Shown here piece after piece: positions 54,467 through 64,000 of a stretch of 64,000 bases of DNA. The stretch's first letter is position 1; the number at the start of each line of letters is the position of its first letter. A program made the translations under genes and the position numbers. This stretch comes from Catajapyx aquilonaris (taxonomy: Eukaryota): positions 1 through 64,000 of the forward strand of contig KZ538521.1 of the NCBI GenBank assembly GCA_000934665.2, written 5' to 3'. The notes beneath the pieces were generated by a model, which worked only from the letters and a program-made list of their open reading frames with translations, had not been told where the DNA came from and searched no databases.

Positions 54467-56906
54467 CTGCTAAGCCTTACTGAAAAACTGGCTCTGAATG
54501 AAACCACCAACTAAGCTTTAACGCTTGTTAAAACGTTACATTCAACAAATAATCTTGTTATAAACTGTTTCGTACACCAAAAGGACTCAATTAACGCACA
54601 AAGTACTTGAACCATGTCCATTCATCCATAGCCATGTCAAAGTAGAACATGTTCCAAAAGTTGAGCCTGAGCAGGAATGTGGCAAGAGCATGGCAACCGA
54701 CTCTGTGGATAGCCTGTGGCTAGCCTCTGCCGGGGGCAACTCTTGTGTCGGGCAATCTCCTGCCCTATTTCTACCCCATCCCACAACCTCGAAATGGTAC
54801 AGAATCCCCGAATTCACTTTCAGCATCCCATCCTGGTATGAATCTAATTTCTGTGGTTCCCGGGGAAGTTAAGGTCTCAACTTTCCTAAACATCCCCGGT
54901 TGCTGAACACGTCACTTACGCTGTACCTATGATCTCAATCCGTCAGAAGTGTACCATCCATCGTCAACGAACCCAGACGTTTGGGGAAGCAATTCGGAAC
55001 GCGTTATACAATAGGGCTTGCAGAAGCGATAAATCAACGCGATTATTCCAAGTTTGGCGGAAAGCTGAATAGTTGTGCTTAAGCTATTCCCTCCCCCCCC
55101 TAACCCCCTCCCCCTGATATACCCCCCACCACATAACCCCACAACCTCCTTGTGGCATGGCTGCAAGGGAGACGATAATTCATTTGGGACCCAACCTCCG
55201 TGCTGGGGACAGGGCACAAAGAGTTGGGGAAGGAGAAGTAGGGGTGCGGAAATGGTGATTAATTTAGTGAGATGAAGGTCGTACTGGATGGGTGCGTCTA
55301 GGGACTCAAAATTATGTGGCCACTGCATGCGTGTTAAATCAGTCAACATGGCACGAAACAGGCTTGTTGACTGCTTAACGCTATACTGACAAAATTTCTA
55401 CATTGGCCCGTAGCTAGGGTATGTTCTTCGGGAAATTGAAAGGCAGACGGATTTTTCCACTAGTAAAGGTATAGCATTCAACAAGTTGTCTATTTAAAGT
55501 TGCGAACATATTGGTTTTTTTCTGTAAATATTATTCGTGATGCTCACATAGGGAAGTCGTGCAGATAATTCGCAAGTTATTTCAATATGATGCCAAACGG
55601 AGAATAAACAATGGGCCCATATTCTGTTGTTCAATTTTCAGTCGATTTTGTATGTCATGCGCCATATAAAGTGAAGCCCTTCTGCACATTAGTCTCATTC
55701 ATAACAAATCATTATCCTAATTGCTTGCAATCCCCGTATCGATGCCCAACATCACATAAAAGCTCATAAAAATTCTGATAATTAATGCGGTTATGACAAG
55801 GATGAAAAATTACATCCCGAAGTAGAAGTTGTGGCAAACGTGCCGTAAAAGGAAAAATTATTGCCTATCGGGAAATGCAAACAAGGTCATAATTTGCCTG
55901 CGCAAGTGTAAACAATATGAACAGGGCATATATTATAACATTAAAAAGCGGAGATATATTTTGAAAATCTCATTTTAATCATGGGGAAAAACACATCCAT
56001 GGTAAAGTGAAACTTAAAATAGCCTTGTGATATTTCCACTTTCAGTGGTCCCTACTTATCGAAAAATTTAATAATGGTAACCTATTCCGATAAACACTTC
56101 TTGGAACCTCACATGCAAATAAAACATATTTTGACAAAATTGTTACATAATACAAGTATGCCCACAGTATGTCGCATTCAACCGAAGCCCTGCTAATCCT
56201 GAAAAACTGACTGGATTGGCCAACAGCAAGCGGAGGCATTACTACCGGTTGCAGAATAAACAGTCTGATTCCAGCGAGGGAGGTCACTCACCTCCACTAA
56301 CCTGTAAACTCCCAATTCCCCTTCTCCTCCCCCCCCCCACCCCCAAAGTAAATAAAAAACAACCAACTCAGCCTTCATTTCACGGCCTGGTTCCCCCTAC
56401 CGCCATTATGTCATAGCACCACCTCCCATAGCCATTCCTAGCCTCATAATCACAATATATGGTGCTATATTTCCTACCCAGTACAGTCATGTAAATCAAG
56501 GCCACTTCCACCTACAACACCTACTGTGCTGGAAACTTTTTCATCCTACCTTTCTCAAACAACTGAATCTCTCAGCTTATTGCATTCGAGTATTGACGCA
56601 TGCTAATATCGTATAATTATGTTGCATTATTATATCTAAAGTAAGGTATAGGTTTCATGTGAGAGTTGGCATATTCTGCTGAATATGATTCATTCTGTGA
56701 GTCACTTTTAAAACCCTGATCCATTACAATTTGGAAAGTTAAAAGGGCTTTTATTTCTTGTATTATTATTTTATTGTTGCAAATGGCAAGTATTTTGTTA
56801 CAGTCTGTAGGGAGAAAGTGTCACAAAATGACGCTGTAACAGAGGTAATCTGCAGCGTAGCTGAGGGAGCAGGATAAATACTGCATAATATGTCATCTGC
56901 ATTTTA

Positions 56907-57722
56907 TACAGGGTGATTCTCTCGAAGAGAAACCCAAACGCATTCCTCAATAACTTTTGAACTATGGTATGGTTCCCGATGAAAATTGACATGTAGTTAC
57001 CTTGTATAATGCCAAACAAGGTCTGACTAAAGAATTTACCAAAAGTGGTCCCCTCCAGCATCCAAAACTTTTCAAATGCGAGTCTGCATATTGCCGAAGA
57101 CGCCTTCTGATTTTTTCCCTCCCAATGGTATTGCGCAATGTGGCTGAAACTTGATATGCAGGATCATGGAATATGTCTGTACATCTGTGATTATTTTCAC
57201 CAAGATCCGATATGATGTATAAAGGTTTCGGCTCACTTGATTCGGAAAGACCCCTAGTAAACTGGTCCAAACTTTAAAACGATATAGCTCAAAGACTGCG
57301 CCTGACAGAAACCTTCTGAGCAGAGATTCGGATTCAGCGCGAAATGTACAATAAGATTCACTATTCACATCTTCATAAAAAGAAAAATGTATTTTTTGTA
57401 GAACAGAGTAATTTTCCGTATAATTTTCTGCCCTCTGTTTTGGGCCTTACCTCGTAAACGGTGCGAGATATCGCAAAATGACGACATTTTGACCCAAAAG
57501 GCCACACTTTCCCGTGTTTAGGTTAAGGAAGTGTACCCGCACCCAAAAAAGTGACAACCCGGAAGTGATGTGAGGTCACCTCAGATACGCCCCTCGCGGA
57601 CCCCAATACAGATGACTCACGTGACCCATATTTTTCACACGTCATAAGGATCACCCAACACAACTTTTTTTCATCCTTGCATTCCAACTTTCAAAAAATG
57701 TGTTTTTTCGACCACCCCGGTT
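56907..57722. mobile_element. TACAGGGTG-type non-autonomous DNA transposon
   Basis: Starts tacagggtg and ends in degenerate caccccgg. Internal aataacttttga, gattcggattcagcg and taaacggtgcgagatatcg motifs are typical of such MITEs. Confidence 0.6.
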
Positions 57723-59640
57723 CATTTAATAACACTTCCACTGTCGACATTATCCCTTCTAAACGGTTAAATGGTGCTGAAAGTGCAACAAATCCCTAGA
57801 GACATCCCTCCTGTAACATCCCTTAAAATAGTTTCAGCCACATTATAATTCCTCCGCCTCGCTTATGCACTATATTCCCTATAGAAATGCAATGAATGTG
57901 ACCAGAACCAAAGGCGAGCCTAACTCTTAGCAGGCCTAATCTTACCCTTGCAATTTAGAGGGGGTTCAAAAATTGAGCACCCCCCGAGTTTTATAGTCCC
58001 AGATGTGTCATTCCCACAAGCGGCGTGCGGATTTCGGAGCCGGCCCAAAATCGGCCCTCATGTGAACCCAAAGGCTTTCCAGTTCGTCACAATTTACTGG
58101 CTCAGCTTTACAGTTGGGTCATGTTTTAAACCAGCTGCATAATAGCCAATTCCTGAATACCTGCCCTGAAACTCGGGCAAAATTCATGGCAAAAAAAACA
58201 ACCCCAGTGGAATACTCATCATTTGTCGTGCAGCTTTACGCAGAAAAGTATGCCGATTTATACCTGGAGACCCATTCGTCTTGTTTCATTTCTCACCTGA
58301 CACGCGGCCTGGGATGAGCAGAGTCTGGAACCATACGGATGCTCAATTGGAGACATCTCTGGGGAAGACCTGACAGATATTCCATCTCTCCAAGATTTAC
58401 TACCCTTTAAATGAGCAAGAGGTGAAAGGAAATAGGATTTTGTTGCTTGCTCGTTGTGTCAGGGAAGAACACTTAATTTCACTGTTGTAGAGGCCATGGT
58501 GCGGAGTCGTCGGAAAAGCGAAAGCAGCTTTCCCTCTCCCCCTCTCCACTCCATCCTCCCCCACCGCCATCCCCTACTATATACCCACATAATGAGTTCC
58601 AACTTCCACAACCATTAGCCAAAGTTGCAAATGGAGTAAACCCAGTGTTTTTGGGAAGCAATGATTGTCGTTGGAGTTCGAAACGAGCCCCTGTCAAGTA
58701 TGCTTGCCGTTCGACAAAAGAGGCTTGAGGATTGCCCTTCACATTCAGGATGAGGTGCTCCAACTGACAAGGTCACGCCGAACGCGCCGCGTTTGTTTGG
58801 TAATCGCGTTTTCACAGCTTTATTGTAGCTTCAATAACTTGGCACAGCTTTCTAGCATCCTTGGTATAGATTCAAGCCAGCCATAAGCGGCGGCAATTGC
58901 GAGAAACTCTTCAAATTAAACTGTTGTTGGGAAATAGCACTTCAAATGCGCGATTGTCTGCTTCAAAGTAGTTGCAGGAGTAATTTAATGTTGCACACAA
59001 TGGCCGACTACCAAAACGTGGGCTGTAAAAGGCTATCTATAGCATTTAAAAGGTATCATTGAGCACTGCATCCTATCTCCAGCCTAAATATGGCTTGATT
59101 CCAAGGGTACTCTATACAGAAGTACTGCGTTGAATTTAGACTACTATTTATAAGTTTCGTGCATAATTTTTAAAGCGTTGTATCCATTTATATTTAACTT
59201 ACGGATTAAAAGTTAGAATTTCATCGTTTCTGGCTTCATTCGTTCTGGGCTACATGGTGATAACCACTTTCGTAGTGTAATGAAGCTTGAAAAACGTGAA
59301 CCTTACTGCCTAAAAGTCCCTTAAAATCGGTAAATATCCCAACTTTTGTTGCAATACATCTGCCTTGCGTAATTCCCAACCCATGACTACAAATGCATAT
59401 TTCAGTGTCACAGTGACAAAATGTCACTCGAATTTTCCTCGAACGAGAGAAAAAGAAAAACCATTTATCAGCACGTCAGCTTCAGAGTCACGCTGTCATC
59501 TCTGATCTCAACTAAGGACAGTGTCTATGGCAAAGTCAGCCAGGACAAAACAACGCTATAAAACTGCCCGTCATGTTCACTTCTCTTTTCTGCCTTTCAT
59601 AACCAAGTAGCTATGCATAAAACTATTTTTTCCCAGTTTC

Positions 59641-59878
59641 AAGGCACTTAAAAATGGGCCAGTGACTGTAAAGGGGGGGGGGGGAATCTCGAGACCCGTG
59701 GATATTAAAATATGTGGAAACCACGATAATAATTTAAGGTATAAGAAAGAGAACGGATGTTGTACCATAATTCCCACACATATTTTGATAAATAGTCTAT
59801 AGTGAAAAATTAAGTATGTTTCACCCGCATCCATTCCCCATCTCCCTTTACAGTCACTGTCACATTTTTAAGTGCCTT
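59641..59878. mobile_element. MITE with ~35-bp inverted ends (TTAA-like flank on right)
   Basis: aaggcacttaaaaatgggccagtgactgtaaaggg / ccctttacagtcactgtcacatttttaagtgcctt. Confidence 0.78.
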
Positions 59879-62665
59879 AAAAATTTGCGATTGCCAGAAT
59901 CATTAATCTCTTTTGATGATAAATATCGTGTCCTCGTTACTCCCGTTTTGTAGCAATGATAAGGCATGATGGCTCCGCTTCGGTGAGGTATATTTTTCTT
60001 TTACAATAGGCATTCCGTTATCTGGATTCGTACATTCCGCCTCTACTCCCCTCACCCACATTCAAAAACTCTCTAGAAACATTTTGAAGCACCATCCCAA
60101 AAGATGCTATCTCTGGTCTCGAGGGGTTGGATCCGGGTTATATTTTCAGTCTCCAGAAATGCGAATTCTGAGATTGAAGGGCACAAAATGTGGTGGACAG
60201 AATTAATTTACAATTTATTTTTTACATATCTCCTTCAGAAAAACAGCCTTCTTCCTATAGGAGAAGGAAGTCTACCTGCATGAAATGTCAAGAGACTTAG
60301 TAAAATGTGAGGCTTCCTTTTTTTACATTAGAAACAGGTTTTCTGACTTTCTGCATCGCAGGAAGAATATTCTAAAATTGAAGAACATTAGTCACAATTG
60401 TTTAGGCCATTAATTTATTGGTGAAAATTACCTACATACGCGTACTAGCTGTATACGAATACAGTATAGTATATAGATAGAGAGCCTCAAGTCAGTGTCA
60501 GATTTCAAATACATTTAAAACTGCCCGAAAAACTGAAGGTTTATCGCACATAACAGAACATTACTAAATTCTTGTGACACTGACACAGCATTAAGCCAAA
60601 ATAATAAGTTTAGACAGTATGAAAGAGAGATTGTGCACACTCCACCGAAAATTCAGTCGAAGCAAACTGAGTGTGAATATCTTGCAACTATTACTCAGAT
60701 ACTTCTCAAGTACTTGAACAAAATGTAGGTCAAAGAAACCTCACGCTACTGCACTTAAAAGTAGAAATTCCACTCCATCGTAATGCCACCCAGAAAGGCA
60801 AAAGAAAAATCCCCGCCTAAATCCCCCCACATAAAAACTAGAACAGTCATCCTACGAGGCCCGCCATTAAAAGCAGTCTGAATGTGGTAACCATTGCACA
60901 GAAAGTTTAGCAAGAAAAGGACCATACATGTGGGCCCCAAACTTTTTAAAAAATGGGAAAAAGGTGGTGAGGGAATTATGTGTTGAGCTGAGAGACGACG
61001 CTTGACTAAAGGGAGGAGCAAAGAGGGAAGTGAATTGGAGTTTGGTACTCAAGTGTTTTACGGCGCCTCATCAGAGTCGGCAAGAAGGCAAAAGCGGGTT
61101 AAGGGGTGGTGGAGATGGGGGTGGAGTGAATTCCCCAGGAAGCGTAGTGAAAATCCTAGAGGGCAATTTCGCGAATCGAATTTGCCAAGAAAGCGACGGG
61201 ACAGGACTGCAATAATGTCCCGAAATTGCTGCAGGAGGAAAACCCTTATCCCCAAAAGCAAAAGGTTCCTAGGATAAGGGAAAGCGGGGAGGTGGAGGAG
61301 GAGCATTGGGGAATAGTTGCACAACTCAGTTGATACACACACAAAAAAAACCTTCGAGTTTTCTAGCACCAAACGTCAAGCCACTCGTCCTATTCCGGTT
61401 ATTCGACTTCAGCCAATCAGTGGTTGCGACTAGATTCGCGAATCAGTGACGTGCTCTTTTAGCTATCGAGCCAGTAATAGGGCACGTTGGAACACTTACG
61501 AATAGTAGTCAAATATCGTCGGCGTACAAGTGAAACACACCAAGTCAATTTCGAGATAATCGAAGGCAAATATTTGACATTGCTTACACGCTAGTGATGA
61601 CAGAAAATCCTGGCTGCCTGGCTCATTATGAATCTTTAGGACTAAATGGGTCCAGGCGATAGACCAGAAAAAATAATAGTGGTGTAAATAACTAAAAACC
61701 GCCAAAATGGGACTTCGTGTTTTTCACTTGTATTCTGACGATATGTTTGCTATGGAGATTGGACTTGGGTACAAAAGGATGCAAATAATTAATTGAGCCT
61801 AATTGCAAGTGACGCTCGGTAATTTCGCCTTCAGCTGACTTTTATGATGCGGGGATTTTAAAAGGATCAAGCTACACGGCTTTTGATCGGCAGCAGGGGT
61901 CGGGCAATGGTACGTAATCCAGCTTGAAATCCTTTTAACTCGTCCTGTTAATACTGTATGATGAAAATTTTATATTCCCTTTCAATCAGCGTCAAAATAA
62001 GAAGCCTATTTAATCGGATTTTACTGGAAATAATGACATATTTGTTGCCCAATGAGCTATATTCATTTTGTTTTCCAATGCTGAACAGTGTAGCCCGCTT
62101 AACCCACTTGCATAAAAATATATTAAGCCTTTTTGTCTTATGGCTGTGCAGTAATACGGCTGGACAGTTAATGATAGTTCATATTACTTCATAAATGTGC
62201 TGTCTTAAAATATATTCAATAATATATATGCAAATGAACAGCTTTGATTTTTAAGTAATCAAATCATGTGACTACCACCGCTCACTAAATATTGATATTC
62301 ACCCCCAAATTAAATTTTTAAAAACACACATTTACAACATAAATTCCAGCCTGGACAGCCTACAAATGTGGCATAAGTCTCCCCTAAGCGTCCCGGATGA
62401 CGTCGTAACAACCACTATAGTGTCCACACACGAGTGTCGCCAGCAACAAGCCTGACACCCATTTGGGCGGAAGCGTTTAGCCGAGCCATAAAAGGGCGCG
62501 AGAAGGCGACGCCAAGGCAACTTCCAATTGAAACCAGAGGAGGCCAAAGAGAGGGAAAAAGTGGGCCGGACATAATTGATTCTGGGTCCGTCCCTTGGAG
62601 GGTGGTGGTCTTTTGGCAAGATCCCAGGCACAATATTGAAGGGAAGGGAAAAAGGAGGCACTAAC

Positions 62666-62865
62666 CCCGACTCTTCTTCCCGCGACGCGCTCCAGTCCGG
62701 AGTTGTCTGCGTTCCAGGCAATTACGGGGATGCCCAGGTAGGAAGCTAGTTGGAAGAAGTACTGAGCAGAAGCGGTGTCCCGACCGTACTTCTCGTAGTT
62801 GGTCAGGTACAGGATGGCCGACACGTTGCTGGACAGGAACTCGTGGCATAGCGCAGACAGGAGGG
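62666..62865 (-). CDS. Nmdar2: NMDA receptor subunit 2, first coding exon visible in window (ATD); 3' end at 62666 or alternatively 62687
   Basis: Acceptor ttcag|cc. Translates (A)[59 protein letters not shown](VAGRRVG), closely resembling the insect Nmdar2 ATD as I recall it (…LCKEFL.VNVSAILY…[30 protein letters not shown]). Phase-0 donors: GTTAGT at 62665 or GTCGCG at 62686. Confidence 0.93.
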
Positions 62866-64000
62866 CTGAAATGGATGCAATCAGGGGCTGATGGGTGCTT
62901 CTCATAGAATGGCACATTATAATCATGACACTACGAGCGTACGTAGCCTATGTTATGTAAATAAATAAAGAGATCATTCTGAAGAGCTGGAAGAAAATGG
63001 GTTTACGTTAAAAAGTAATCCTCAGTTAATTCACTCTACAACTCGTATGTCCTCAATAGAAGACACGACAATAATACTTTCTGTTCTCTCCGGAAAAGGC
63101 GCGAACAATCCTAAAATGGCATAATTATATTGCACTTTAGATATTGTAGTTTTTTAACTTGGTAAAATATGACGCACAGTATCAAAAGATAATTTAACTT
63201 TTTAAAAGTATGAAACAGGAACGTAATTACATAAAAAGTAACAAATCTATAATGACTAAAAAGAAGTGTGGATAGTAATAATTATTTCGTTGATTCATTG
63301 GCAATGGCGCTGATAAGAAGCTTTGGCTTAAAAGTACGGGGAGAAACAACGCTGAGTACTTCCCCTTAACGTCCAATTCCTTTTCTAATACGTGAGCATT
63401 CCATTGCTTTAAAATCACCTCCAATTCCAAGGAAAGCTGCAAATTCTGCCAGAGTGCTATCTGATTAGATATAATGGTGGTTGATTTGAACTACCCTTAA
63501 GAAGGCGATCTGACAAAGTGATCCATTGAGGCTGAATTTACTTTCATGGGTGGACCTGAAATGTAAATTCCAATTTTATTTATTTTAATCAGATAAAACT
63601 ATTGGAAAGGGAAAGTCAAAGAAGATTTAAAATTAATAAATGGTCAGTTATAAAATAATTTTATAATGGAATTCTCAGGATATGAAAATGAAAATACATC
63701 AAGCATGTAAGCATAATTATACAGTCACCAGTGGATAGTCCTAATTCGCTATAAAATCTAGGTAATAATTCAACCTTTTCATGTTTCACTAATAAAGATG
63801 CATGGTATTATTAAACAGAGTATAAGGAACAATGGGATCCACCCCTTCGTTGTGAAAAAAACTCAAAAATGGTACAATAATATTGTAGTTAGCTTACTTT
63901 CTCATAAAGGAAAGAACAGAATTTTTCACCGGCTGAATCGCACTCAATAAACTCCATGTGCCCTTTGAAGATTTATGATCTTGTGTTTGTATATATTTGT

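Noticed and set aside
63227..63442. Upstream Nmdar2 exon
   Set aside because: The translation does not resemble the expected preceding ATD sequence. The upstream exons are probably outside the window.

Overview
Eukaryotic (arthropod-type) genomic DNA. The whole window lies inside one large minus-strand gene encoding an NMDA-type glutamate receptor subunit 2 (Nmdar2/GluN2-like). Seven coding exons could be traced with GT-AG boundaries and matching intron phases (62865 down to 498, about 1.3 kb of CDS). They cover most of the amino-terminal domain and the start of the S1 ligand-binding segment, and the gene continues beyond both window ends. The introns (5-25 kb) are crowded with non-autonomous DNA transposons (hAT-, mariner-, piggyBac-like MITEs), a Sola transposase remnant, at least five tRNA-derived SINE types, microsatellites and one assembly gap. 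Most ORFs in the supplied track are spurious. I found no clearly new biological system. The most notable observations are: in-frame alternative splice donors that could insert VAGRRVG into the receptor ATD, a four-level transposon nest, a SINE 3' stem-loop with a compensatory base-pair change, a degenerate Penelope-like end with a hammerhead-like fold, and a TIR element carrying an integrase zinc-finger remnant.
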